A DNA stretch of 64,000 bases. Source: Myxococcota bacterium (GTDB taxonomy: Bacteria > Myxococcota_A > UBA796 > CAJQPC01). A program made the translations under genes and the position numbers. Location: NCBI GenBank assembly GCA_036229005.1, contig JAZAMN010000018.1, forward strand, positions 27,647 to 91,646, given 5' to 3'. The notes beneath the pieces were generated by a model, which made no database searches, was not told the DNA's origin, and saw only the letters and a list, made by a program, of their open reading frames with translations. Each line of letters opens with the position of its first letter. The stretch's first letter is position 1. This document shows positions 39,561 to 48,938 of the stretch, piece after piece.

Positions 39561-40199
39561 TTGTGCGGCTACTCTCTCGGTGAGGCACCTTTGTTCGACG
39601 GCGTTCTGCCAACCCTGATGCTCGCCTACTCCGTGGGCAAGTTCCTGCTCCCTGCGGCAATCCTGGCGCTGCTCAGGGGCCTGCGCAAGCGCCGCCGCAA
39701 GAAGCTCCTCAAGGGCAACTACCCTGCTTCTCCCGAGCATATCCAGGAGCTCCAGGAGGCCTACCGCTGGCTGGGCGGTGTGCTGATCGCCCTGGGCCGC
39801 ACCCCGCCGCGCCTCTTCCGCCGCACCCCGCTGCCCAAGCTCCAGTGCGACAAGGCCAACGCCGCTGTGCGCCGCGTGTGGCTGAACCTCGATCTGCCCG
39901 GGCGCCCCCCGATCCTCCGAAAGAGCATCCTGCTGGGCATCCTCCACGGCGCGCTCCCCTCCCCCCGAGGTCGCTGGCGCTTCACCAGCCAGCAGGCCAT
40001 CGACGCGAGGGAGGATGTGGCGGCGACCCTCCACGGTCTGGGTCACCCCCCGGAGCCGGACGACGCCGACCAGCTACTGGAGATCCGGGCCAAAGACGAG
40101 GCCACGCGGCGCTGGCGCTTCCTCCGCGCCTTGAGCGTGGGCGCCGGAGTCGGGCTGGTCGTGGGCCTGACCACGATGGGCCTGCGCATCCTGGTCTGA
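39561..40199 (+). CDS. Membrane hypothetical protein (start uncertain)
   Basis: N- and C-terminal TM segments; fills the intergenic space. Confidence 0.55.
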   Translation: MCGYSLGEAPLFDGVLPTLMLAYSVGKFLLPAAILALLRGLRKRRRKKLLKGNYPASPEHIQELQEAYRWLGGVLIALGRTPPRLFRRTPLPKLQCDKANAAVRRVWLNLDLPGRPPILRKSILLGILHGALPSPRGRWRFTSQQAIDAREDVAATLHGLGHPPEPDDADQLLEIRAKDEATRRWRFLRALSVGAGVGLVVGLTTMGLRILV

Positions 40200-40225
40200 G
40201 CCGCCCGCCGCTGTAGACTGCTCCC

Positions 40226-42055
40226 ATGCTGAACCAAGAGCGCCTGGTCTGGATCCTGGACCTGCTGGTCAACGAGCGGCTCATCCACGAGGGCCAGAAG
40301 CGCGACGTGCTCAACCGCGGCACCGAGCAGGCCCGCCACATCATGCTGGACAAGCGGGCCGAGCTGCGCCGCCTGCTGGGCAAGCAGCGGGTCTCCTACA
40401 AGGTCGGCGAGATCGAGACCATCGCCTCCTTCCGCTTCAAGCCCCTGGACGCCGCCCAGGCCGAGGGCGAGCCCGTGGTCGACGAGCGCGTCATCACCCG
40501 CAAGGTGGCCGCCGCGGTGGGCCTCCCCTTCGTGGAGATCGACCCCCTCCAGCTCGACTACAAGCTGGTGACCGAAGCCTTCGGCGGTCCCTTCGCCGAG
40601 CGGCACCTGATCATCGCCCTGGCGGACGACCCCCAGGAGCTCACCTGCGCCACCGCGGACCCCTGGAACCAGGAGGTCCTGGGCCAGCTCGCCCGCCTCA
40701 AGGGCAAGTCCGTCAAGCCCGTGATGGCCATGAAGTCCGCCATCATGCAGGTGGTCGCCGAGTTCCACGGCTTCCGCCGCTCCATGAAGGCCGCCGCCCA
40801 GGAGTTCAACTCCGACCTGCCCGATCTCGGCAATCTGGAGCAGCTCTACCGGCTGACCTCCATCAACGAGATCGACGCCACCGACCAGCCCGTGGTCCAG
40901 GCGGTCTGGTACGTGCTCAACTACGCCTTCGAGCACCGCGCCAGCGACATCCACATCGAGCCCAAGCGCGAAGAGTCCCTGGTCCGCCTGCGCATCGACG
41001 GCGTGCTCCACACCCTGCACCGCCTGCCCAAGGTCGTGCACCCCGCCATGGTCAGCCGCTTCAAGATGCTGGGCCGCATGGACATCGCCGAGCGCCGCCG
41101 CCCCCAGGACGGCCGCTTCAAGACCTCCTTCAACAAGCAAGAGGTCGAGCTCCGCGTCAGCACCGTGCCCACCGCCTTCGGCGAGAAGGTCGTCGTGCGC
41201 GTGTTCGACCCCGGCGTGCTTCTGCAGGACCTCACCCAGCTCGGCTTCTTCCGCCGCGAGCAGCTCATCTTCGAGCGCCTGATCGCCAACAGCACCGGCC
41301 TCATCCTGGTCACCGGCCCCACGGGCAGCGGCAAGACCACCACGCTCTACAGCACGCTCAACCACATCTCGAACCCGCGCCTGAACATCACGACGCTGGA
41401 AGACCCCATCGAGATGGTGCACGAGCAGTTCAACCAGATGGCCATCAACCGCGCCATCGGCTTCGACTACGGCGCCGGCATCCGCCACGTCCTGCGCCAG
41501 GACCCCGACGTCATCATGATCGGCGAGATCCGCGACCCGGAGACCGCCCAGTACGCCGTCCAGGCCGCGCTCACCGGCCACCTGGTGCTCTCCACCCTCC
41601 ACACCAACGACGCCGCCGGGGCCGTCGCCCGCCTGCTGGATCTCGGCGTCAAGCCCTACCTGCTGGCCAGCGTGCTCCTGGGCGTCATCGCCCAGCGCCT
41701 GGTGCGCCGCAACTGCCCCCACTGCGCCGCCGACGACTGGCTGAGCGAAGAGCAGGCCCTCAGCCTGGGCATCGTGGGCGCAGAAGGCCGCAAGCTCATG
41801 GTCCAGGCCGGCCGCGGCTGCGTGCGCTGTCGAGGCACCGGGTACGCCGGCCGCACCGGTCTGTACGAGGTCCTGCCCACCACTCCCCGCATCCAGCGCC
41901 TGGTCCACGAGGGCGCCCCCAGCCAGGAGATCAAGAAGGAGGCCCTCAACGACGGGATGCTCACCCTCCGGGACTACGGCATCAAGAAGCTGGGACGGGG
42001 AGAGACCACCTTCGAGGAAGTCCTGGCCGCCACCGACGACGCCGAGCTCTACTGA
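40226..42055 (+). CDS. GspE/PilB-family secretion/pilus assembly ATPase
   Basis: ASDIHIEP, RRPQDG, GPTGSGKTTT, LRQDPD, TGHLVLSTLHTN, tetracysteine motif. Confidence 0.95.
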   Translation: MLNQERLVWILDLLVNERLIHEGQKRDVLNRGTEQARHIMLDKRAELRRLLGKQRVSYKVGEIETIASFRFKPLDAAQAEGEPVVDERVITRKVAAAVGLPFVEIDPLQLDYKLVTEAFGGPFAERHLIIALADDPQELTCATADPWNQEVLGQLARLKGKSVKPVMAMKSAIMQVVAEFHGFRRSMKAAAQEFNSDLPDLGNLEQLYRLTSINEIDATDQPVVQAVWYVLNYAFEHRASDIHIEPKREESLVRLRIDGVLHTLHRLPKVVHPAMVSRFKMLGRMDIAERRRPQDGRFKTSFNKQEVELRVSTVPTAFGEKVVVRVFDPGVLLQDLTQLGFFRREQLIFERLIANSTGLILVTGPTGSGKTTTLYSTLNHISNPRLNITTLEDPIEMVHEQFNQMAINRAIGFDYGAGIRHVLRQDPDVIMIGEIRDPETAQYAVQAALTGHLVLSTLHTNDAAGAVARLLDLGVKPYLLASVLLGVIAQRLVRRNCPHCAADDWLSEEQALSLGIVGAEGRKLMVQAGRGCVRCRGTGYAGRTGLYEVLPTTPRIQRLVHEGAPSQEIKKEALNDGMLTLRDYGIKKLGRGETTFEEVLAATDDAELY

Positions 42056-42097
42056 GCGCCCCTCCCCGGCCGGCGACCGCTCCGGTAGACTGCCGCC

Positions 42098-43786
42098 ATG
42101 CCGACTCCCCAACGCCTCAGCTTCGAGCTGCACACCCAGGCTGACCTCGCACAGACCTGGGCCGTGCTCTCCGACACCGACCGCTTCAACCGAATCGCTG
42201 GCCTGGGCTTCAGCTTCGAGCCCGCGCCCCCGGGCGCGAAGGTCCGCCGCATCGGCCACATGAAGCGCCTGGGCCTCTCCCTGAGCTGGGACGAGCTGCC
42301 CTTCACCTACGAGGCCCCCTACTGGTTCACCACTCGCCGCATCTTCCACGGGGGCCCCGCCAGCGAGTTCTCGGCCACCCTGCGCCTCAAGGAGGCCTCC
42401 CAGGGCGGCACCGACATCCGCTACAGCGTCGAGGTCACCCCCCGCAACGCCCTCACCATCCCGGTGGTCAAGTTCGACCTGGAGACCAGCACCCGCAAGC
42501 AGCTCAGCGCCGCCTTCAACCAGCTCATCGCCGAGCTGGACCAGGACCAGGCCCCCCGCGACCTCCCCGCCCCCCCTCTGGAGGACGCCGCCCAGCGCAA
42601 GCTCGACCAGGCCCTCGCGCAGCTCCCCCAGGACACCCTCACCGAGCAGCTCGGCGCCCTGTTGACCTCGGGTTCGCTGCGGGACCAGGCAGAGCTCTCC
42701 CCGCCCACCCTGTCCATTCGGTGGAGACAGGGGGTGGACGCCATCACCGAGCGCCTCCTCCAAGCGACCGACAAGGGCCTGCTCTCCGTCCACTGGGAGA
42801 TCCTCTGCCCCTCCTGCCGGGCGCCCCAGGGCAAGCTCAGCGCCGAGCCCGGCGAGCTGCACTGCGATAGCTGCGAGATCCCCTTCGACGGCGCGCTGCC
42901 CGACTCCGTGGCCGTCTACTTCCGCCCCGCCCGGTCCATCCGCGAGGTGACGACTCCCCAGGACTGCGTCGGCAGCCCGGCGCTAACCCGGCACATCCTG
43001 GCCTCTCGCGGGCTCCCTGGGGGGGAGGAGGTGGAGATGTCGGTGTACCTGGACCCCGGTCCCTACCGCCTGCGCACCTGGCCCATGCGGGGCACCTCGA
43101 GCCTGGAGGTCCGGCCCGAGGCACCCCCCACCTCGCTGGATCTGGACGCCAGCGAGGACAGGCTGGACCCGCCCTTGCTGCGCGCTGAGCCTGGCGTGGT
43201 GACCCTCAAGCTGCGCAACACCACCGACAAGCCCATGCGGGTGGTCCTGGAGAGCAGCTGGCGCCCCGAGGGCCGGCTGACCGCCGGCCAGCTCCTGGAG
43301 CGCTTCCCCAGCGCCGGCCGCTACCTGCCCGTGGGCATGCCGGTCGCCGACGCCCGCAGCGAGCGCAAGGCCGTGTTGGCGCTGGTCCGCGCGGGCCCCC
43401 ACGACCCCCGCGCGACCAACCACTACCTCAAGGCCGCCGGCGCCGAGCGCGTCTTGGTGAGCAAGGCTGGCGCCTCGCTGGCCATCTTCGGGCAGCCCGA
43501 GGACGCCGTGAAGGCCCTGCGCGCCCTCCCCGCAGCCCGGCAGACCAAGGCCGGCCTGGCCTACGGCGGCCTGATCACCCTGGGCACCGGGGAGCGCGGT
43601 CGCCCCGTCGGTCAGGTCCCCGAGGCGGCCATGGCGGCTGCGCGGGCCGTGGCAACTGGGCATGTGGCGCACCTCGCCGATGCCACCGAGCTCAGCGATG
43701 TGTTGGTGGAGGGTGGCCTGGAGGGTGTGGCCCCCTGGTTCCAGCTCCGAGGCGCCCCCTCCCTCGCCTGGTCCTCCCTGAGCTGA
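42098..43786 (+). CDS. SRPBCC + DUF5939 protein with degenerate cyclase-like C-terminus
   Basis: W..LSDTDRFNR, WDELPF, WEILCPSCR...HCDSC, CVGSP...HI. Confidence 0.75.
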   Translation: MPTPQRLSFELHTQADLAQTWAVLSDTDRFNRIAGLGFSFEPAPPGAKVRRIGHMKRLGLSLSWDELPFTYEAPYWFTTRRIFHGGPASEFSATLRLKEASQGGTDIRYSVEVTPRNALTIPVVKFDLETSTRKQLSAAFNQLIAELDQDQAPRDLPAPPLEDAAQRKLDQALAQLPQDTLTEQLGALLTSGSLRDQAELSPPTLSIRWRQGVDAITERLLQATDKGLLSVHWEILCPSCRAPQGKLSAEPGELHCDSCEIPFDGALPDSVAVYFRPARSIREVTTPQDCVGSPALTRHILASRGLPGGEEVEMSVYLDPGPYRLRTWPMRGTSSLEVRPEAPPTSLDLDASEDRLDPPLLRAEPGVVTLKLRNTTDKPMRVVLESSWRPEGRLTAGQLLERFPSAGRYLPVGMPVADARSERKAVLALVRAGPHDPRATNHYLKAAGAERVLVSKAGASLAIFGQPEDAVKALRALPAARQTKAGLAYGGLITLGTGERGRPVGQVPEAAMAAARAVATGHVAHLADATELSDVLVEGGLEGVAPWFQLRGAPSLAWSSLS

Positions 43787-43908
43787 GACCCCCGGGGTCT
43801 GCGGTTGCGCCGCGGATCCCCCCAAGGATCCGCCTGGGATCGCACCCGGGCGGCTCTCTCGTGCGCGCTGGCGGGGAGGCGTGGTAGACCGGGGCATGTG
43901 GAGGGCCA

Positions 43909-45741
43909 ATGTTCTGGCTTCTGGTGGGGTGCCTTGTGGCTCCGGGCGAATATCGGGCCTTTCTCGCCCACGCGGAGGACGCCGATCGCGACGGACACCG
44001 CAGCGTGGCGTGGGGCGGGGACGACTGTGATGACGACGACCCGGAGGTCTTCCCGGCGGCGCTGGAGATCTGTGATGGGGTCGACAATGACTGTGATGGG
44101 CTCGTGGACAATGACCCCGCCGACCCCTCGGAGTGGTATCTGGATGGGGATCAGGATGGCTACGGCAACCTGGAGCGGGTGAGCGCGGCCTGCGAGGCGC
44201 CGCCTGGGCACGTCGGGCAGGCGGGGGACTGTGATGACGGGGACGCCGAGATCCACCCCCAGGGATACGAGGTCTGCGACGGCGTCGACAACGACTGTGA
44301 TGGGCTCGTGGACGACGCGGACGACAGCCTGGATCTGCGCACCGGGGAGCTGTGGTACCCGGACAACGACGGCGATGGCTACGGCGAACAGGCCGAGGGC
44401 GTGCAGAGCTGCGCGGGGCCGGAGGGCTACATCGACGCGCCGGGGGACTGCGACGACAGCGACGCTGCGGTGAACCCCAACGCGGCCGAGGTGTGCCGGG
44501 ATGGGGTGGACAATGACTGTAGCGGGGATGCGCCGGAGTGTGCGTTGCGGGGGGAGGTGTCGTGGGGGGATGCGGATTTTGCACTGAATCTTGGTGAATA
44601 CATGGTGGCGACGACCATGGATTCAAATGGGGATGGGGTCCAGGAGTTGGTCGTCGGTCATCCCGAACGAACGTACAAAGGAAAGGAGGACGCTGGGACC
44701 GTCTACCTGCTGGAACAGCCATACAGTGACCTGCTGACAGACGCGACATGGACGACGAGCGGCTCCGAGGCCGGCCACTACCTGGGCACCAGTGTGTCGG
44801 GTGGCGTCGACATCAACGACGACGGGCTTGAAGACCTCGCTGTGGGAGTGATGGGGGACCACGCCGTTCACGTCTTCCTCGGTCGGGAGTCCGGGCTCTC
44901 CAGCAGCGCAGACTTCCTGATCGACGGTCCCGATCTGGCGGCCAGCTACCCAATGGCTTTCGTCCAACTCCTGCCCGGAGGCCAACTCGCGACGGTGTCC
45001 CCATCCAGTCGGTCAGTCGGCAATACCCAGGTACACCTCTGGCACGACGCGCCCACCCGATACACCGAGGCCTTTCAGGCGGACTGGTCACTGACTGTGC
45101 AGGAGGGGAGCGAGCTCTACCTGTCAGGAAGCGAAGCTTGGGGGGACCTGAACGGCGACGGTGCGCTCGACTTTGTGTTGCCAAACTACGAACGGGAAGA
45201 GGGATACCTGTTCATCGGTCCGCTCGAAGGTGACCAGACCGGCTCAGATAGAGACACGCTCTACGCGGACACCATGGGGTCAGCGACCTTCGCAGACATC
45301 GACGCCGACGGCTACCAGGACCTGATCATCGGCGATCCAGTCTACTCTGCGAACGACAGTTGGAACGGAGCAGCGCACATCTTTCTTGGCGGGTCCGGAC
45401 CTGTCGCGACTTCGCTGGATCAGAGCGACGCCGACTTCCACATCTACGGCGATGAATCCACTGATCGACTCGGCCTGGTCTACAGCGGCGATCTGGACTC
45501 GGACGGCAACGCGGACCTCATCCTGGCAAATGGCGACGCTGAGGCCTTCGCCTTCTACGGTCCCCTCACTGACGGGCTGACACTAGACAACGCGGCGGCA
45601 CACCTCAGCGCATCAGACACACACGTCTGTAGCTACTCAACACTCAGCGACGTTGACGACGACGGAAGCTCCGACATCATCCTGAACTGCGTGGAGGGTG
45701 ACTACGCGTCGCTCCGCATCCTCTACGGCACCGCCTGGTAG
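43909..45741 (+). CDS. Lipoprotein with MopE-type metal-binding repeats and FG-GAP repeats
   Basis: LLVGC; repeated DCDD...EICDGVDNDCDG; GDLNGDGALD, DIDADGYQDLIIG. Confidence 0.87.
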   Translation: MFWLLVGCLVAPGEYRAFLAHAEDADRDGHRSVAWGGDDCDDDDPEVFPAALEICDGVDNDCDGLVDNDPADPSEWYLDGDQDGYGNLERVSAACEAPPGHVGQAGDCDDGDAEIHPQGYEVCDGVDNDCDGLVDDADDSLDLRTGELWYPDNDGDGYGEQAEGVQSCAGPEGYIDAPGDCDDSDAAVNPNAAEVCRDGVDNDCSGDAPECALRGEVSWGDADFALNLGEYMVATTMDSNGDGVQELVVGHPERTYKGKEDAGTVYLLEQPYSDLLTDATWTTSGSEAGHYLGTSVSGGVDINDDGLEDLAVGVMGDHAVHVFLGRESGLSSSADFLIDGPDLAASYPMAFVQLLPGGQLATVSPSSRSVGNTQVHLWHDAPTRYTEAFQADWSLTVQEGSELYLSGSEAWGDLNGDGALDFVLPNYEREEGYLFIGPLEGDQTGSDRDTLYADTMGSATFADIDADGYQDLIIGDPVYSANDSWNGAAHIFLGGSGPVATSLDQSDADFHIYGDESTDRLGLVYSGDLDSDGNADLILANGDAEAFAFYGPLTDGLTLDNAAAHLSASDTHVCSYSTLSDVDDDGSSDIILNCVEGDYASLRILYGTAW

Positions 45742-45808
45742 GCCGATGTCAGCCAGAAAGCTCTGAGTCCCTGTCTCCAGGCGCTATCCTGCGGCCCTGG
45801 AGACTCCT

Positions 45809-48100
45809 ATGACCTGGACCCTGCTGCTGCTCGGCTGCACCGAGAACAACGTCGCCGCTCAGGCCAACGAGCGCCCCTTGGCGACCATCCAGTCGCCGGA
45901 GGATGGTGATCGCCTCGCCGAGGGCACCACGGTGGAGTTCTCCGCCCTGGTCTCCGACCCCAACGGCATCGAGGACATCGCCAGCGTGGAGTGGACCTCG
46001 TCCATCGACGGCGCGCTCGGGGAGCTCGATCTGCCCGACGCCGAGGGCTTCGCCCGGCTGAACACCGTGCTCAGTGGCGGCGAGCACGCCATCACCCTGA
46101 CCGTGACGGACAAGGATGGCCTGACCGGCACCGACAACATCTCGATCCTGATCTCCAACGAGGGCGAGGCCCCCGTCGTCGAGATCCTGTCGCCTGAGAA
46201 GCTCGAAGAGTTCCTGGACACCGACACCCTGTCCATCATCGGGCTGGTCAGCGACGGGCAGCAGAGCCCAGACACTCTGGAGGTCTGGATCGAGGCCGAC
46301 GACGGCAACGGCTCGGTCATCGAGATCGCAAGGCCCACCCCCGGCAACAGCGGCTCCATCAGCGAGAAGTGGGCGCTGCCCCCTGCCGGTCCCTGGACAC
46401 TGCGGGTCTCGGCCCAGGATGACCAGGACAACATCGGCAGCGCCGAGGTCGGCGTCTTCATCATCGACGCGGACGGCCTGGACGAGGACGGCGACGGCTG
46501 GACGGTCGGCGAGGGCGACTGCGACGACCTGGACGGCACGGCCAACCCCGGGCTCCCCGAGGTCTGCGGCAACGGCAAGGACGACGACTGCAGCGGCGTG
46601 ACCGAAGACAAGGACATCGACGGTGACGGCCACATCGACGAGGAGTGCGTGGACTACGCCGGCGCGCTGCCGGTGGACGACTGCGACGACGACGACCTGA
46701 CCATCAACCCCGATGAGTGGGACGCGCCGGACCTGGACGTGCTGGACTCCAACTGCGACGGCGTGGATGGAGACATCGCGGACAGCGTGTTCGTGGATCC
46801 CGTGCGGGGGGACAATGGGAACAGTGGCCTGACCCCGGGCGCCGCCGTGGCGACCCTCCAGAAAGGGATGAGCACGGCAGCGAGCGCAGGGCGGCCCTGG
46901 GTTCTGATCGCAGGCACCGGCCTTGCCGCCAGCGAGACCACGTTCAAGGAGGGGATCTCAGTCGCCGGCGGCTATGACGGCGATGATGCTTGGAGTCGCA
47001 ACAGCGCGGACCTGCCCACAATCAGCGTCGCCAACACCGGGCTGTTGGTGGACGGGTGGACGGCGACGACGGAGTGGCAGGCGATCGAGATCCTGGCGGC
47101 GGATGGGACGGGGACTGGGGGGTCGTCGATTGCGCTGCGGGTGAAAGACTCGACTGGGCTGTACTTGAACGGGTCGGCGGTTGTCGCAGGGGACGGGACC
47201 GCGGGGACGAACGGTTCAAACGGTTCGAACGGAACCGCAGGAAAGACAGGCACCTCCGGTGGAAACGGATGCACAGACGGCCTCAACATCCTTGGCGTTG
47301 GATGCGATGAGTGTTCTCGTCCCAGCGCTGGAAGCGCGGGCTCGACAGTCGTTTCCGGCGGAAGTGGTGGGACCCCAGGCCACGGCAGCAGTTCGGGCAA
47401 TGCGGGTAGCTCGGGTAGCGGATCTGGAGGAGCAGGCGGCGCCGGCGGCAGCGGTGGCTCATCCGGCAAGAACGGAAGTGACGCATCCGATGGAGCTGAT
47501 GGAAGCAATGGAAGCGCGGGGGGTGCCATTGGCTCGTTCGCGATCTCCACATACACCCCGGCTAGTGGCACCAACGGCACCAACGGCACCAACGGTGGCG
47601 GTGGCGGTGGCGGTGGCGGTGGCGGTGGCGGTGACTCGGGCTGCGACAGCTACGGTGGTGGTGGCGGTGGTGGCGGCGGAGGCGGCTCAGCAGCCACAGC
47701 AGGCACTGCTGGTACGGGGGGTGGTGCGAGCGTCGCTGTACTCCTCAGCAACTCCAGCCTGACGGGTGACAGGTCGGAATTCATGACTGGTACCGGCGGT
47801 GACGGCGGCAACGGCGGCAACGGCGGCAACGGAGGCACCGGCGGTGCCGGTGCGAATGGCGGCGCTGGCGAGGACGACTCCGGCCCCGGCGGCGACGGCG
47901 GCGACGGCGGCGACGGCGGCGACGGCGGCCACGGCGGCGGCGGCGGCGGCGGACCCTCCATCGGGATCCGCTGTGAGTCGGGCTCGTCGGTGGCGATCGA
48001 TGCGGCCAGCGTGTTCTCGCTTGGGTCCCCGGGCACCGGCGGCTCCTCCAGCGGAAAGGACGGCTCGGACGGGCTGTCTGCGGACACCTCGGGCTGCTGA
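45809..48100 (+). CDS. Surface lipoprotein: Ig/PKD-like, MopE-type repeats, Gly-rich tail
   Basis: LLGC; WTSSIDG..HAITLTVTD; EVCGNGKDDDC; GGGGGGPS.GI Gly-rich domain. Confidence 0.85.
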   Translation: MTWTLLLLGCTENNVAAQANERPLATIQSPEDGDRLAEGTTVEFSALVSDPNGIEDIASVEWTSSIDGALGELDLPDAEGFARLNTVLSGGEHAITLTVTDKDGLTGTDNISILISNEGEAPVVEILSPEKLEEFLDTDTLSIIGLVSDGQQSPDTLEVWIEADDGNGSVIEIARPTPGNSGSISEKWALPPAGPWTLRVSAQDDQDNIGSAEVGVFIIDADGLDEDGDGWTVGEGDCDDLDGTANPGLPEVCGNGKDDDCSGVTEDKDIDGDGHIDEECVDYAGALPVDDCDDDDLTINPDEWDAPDLDVLDSNCDGVDGDIADSVFVDPVRGDNGNSGLTPGAAVATLQKGMSTAASAGRPWVLIAGTGLAASETTFKEGISVAGGYDGDDAWSRNSADLPTISVANTGLLVDGWTATTEWQAIEILAADGTGTGGSSIALRVKDSTGLYLNGSAVVAGDGTAGTNGSNGSNGTAGKTGTSGGNGCTDGLNILGVGCDECSRPSAGSAGSTVVSGGSGGTPGHGSSSGNAGSSGSGSGGAGGAGGSGGSSGKNGSDASDGADGSNGSAGGAIGSFAISTYTPASGTNGTNGTNGGGGGGGGGGGGGDSGCDSYGGGGGGGGGGGSAATAGTAGTGGGASVAVLLSNSSLTGDRSEFMTGTGGDGGNGGNGGNGGTGGAGANGGAGEDDSGPGGDGGDGGDGGDGGHGGGGGGGPSIGIRCESGSSVAIDAASVFSLGSPGTGGSSSGKDGSDGLSADTSGC

Positions 48101-48218
48101 TTCAGCCTGTCCTCGCTGCGCCCGCGCCGCGTCCTGGCTGCGCCCGCGCGCCGGGAACGTGGCGATTCGTCGCGGTCGCGAACGCACACCGCCGCCCCGA
48201 GCGGTATAGGAGAGCGTC

Positions 48219-48614
48219 ATGGCACGTCCCACCGCCTCCCTCGCTGTCCCCATCGTCTCGCTGATCGGCGTGGTCCTCTGCGGAGGCGCCGCCACCCTGC
48301 TGAGCGCCAAAGCCACCCCCGGCCGACAGCCCGAGGGCAGCGTCCAGGTCCGCTTCGAGAGCGCCCCCGCGCCGGGGTACACCCAGACCCTGCAGCTCCG
48401 CAGCGTCTGCGACGGCAAGCCCTTCCGCACCTTCACGGTCAGCCCCTCGGCTTGGGATGGCGACGCGAGCTCCTGGAGCGCCGAGCTGCCCACCACCGGT
48501 CAGCGCTGCGAGGCCGAGGTCCGCACGCTCCCCTCCCAGGAAGCCTGGGAGAGCTCCCCCATGGGCGGCGGGAGCTGCCTGCTGAGCGTCGACCCCCTGG
48601 GCATCCGCTGCTGA
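48219..48614 (+). CDS. Secreted hypothetical protein
   Basis: AGGAG RBS, hydrophobic N-terminus, several Cys. Confidence 0.6.
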   Translation: MARPTASLAVPIVSLIGVVLCGGAATLLSAKATPGRQPEGSVQVRFESAPAPGYTQTLQLRSVCDGKPFRTFTVSPSAWDGDASSWSAELPTTGQRCEAEVRTLPSQEAWESSPMGGGSCLLSVDPLGIRC

Positions 48615-48633
48615 GCCGGCCACAGAGGCCGTC

Positions 48634-48932
48634 CCACCGAGGCTACGGGCCCCCAATGAGCGCCCCACCGAGGCTACCCAGGCTGAGTGAGCGCTCCCCT
48701 GAGGCTAGGGCGGCTCAGTGAGCGATCGGGCCACCGATCCGCCCCTGTTTTGGCCTCCAAAGGGCCGAAAGGCCCCTGAATCCCCCCCTCAGCGCCCGAT
48801 TCGGTGGCCAAATCGATCACTGGTGGGCCCTGGCCTCGGAGAGTCGCTCATCCAGACCCCGTAGCCACCACCCGGCGCTCATCCAGACCCCGTGGCCTCC
48901 ACCCCGCGCTCACTCACACCCCGTAGCCACCA
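48634..48932. repeat. Inverted arrays of a 24-bp unit, 31-bp period (3 + 4 copies)
   Basis: GAGGCTAC-N10-TGAGCG at 48639, 48670, 48701; reverse complement at 48814, 48845, 48876, 48907. Confidence 0.85.
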
Positions 48933-48938
48933 GCGGAC

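Noticed and set aside
47560..47950. GGTGGC / GGCGGCGAC microsatellites as phase-variation tracts
   Set aside because: Unit lengths are multiples of 3 and encode Gly-rich protein, so they cannot shift the frame.
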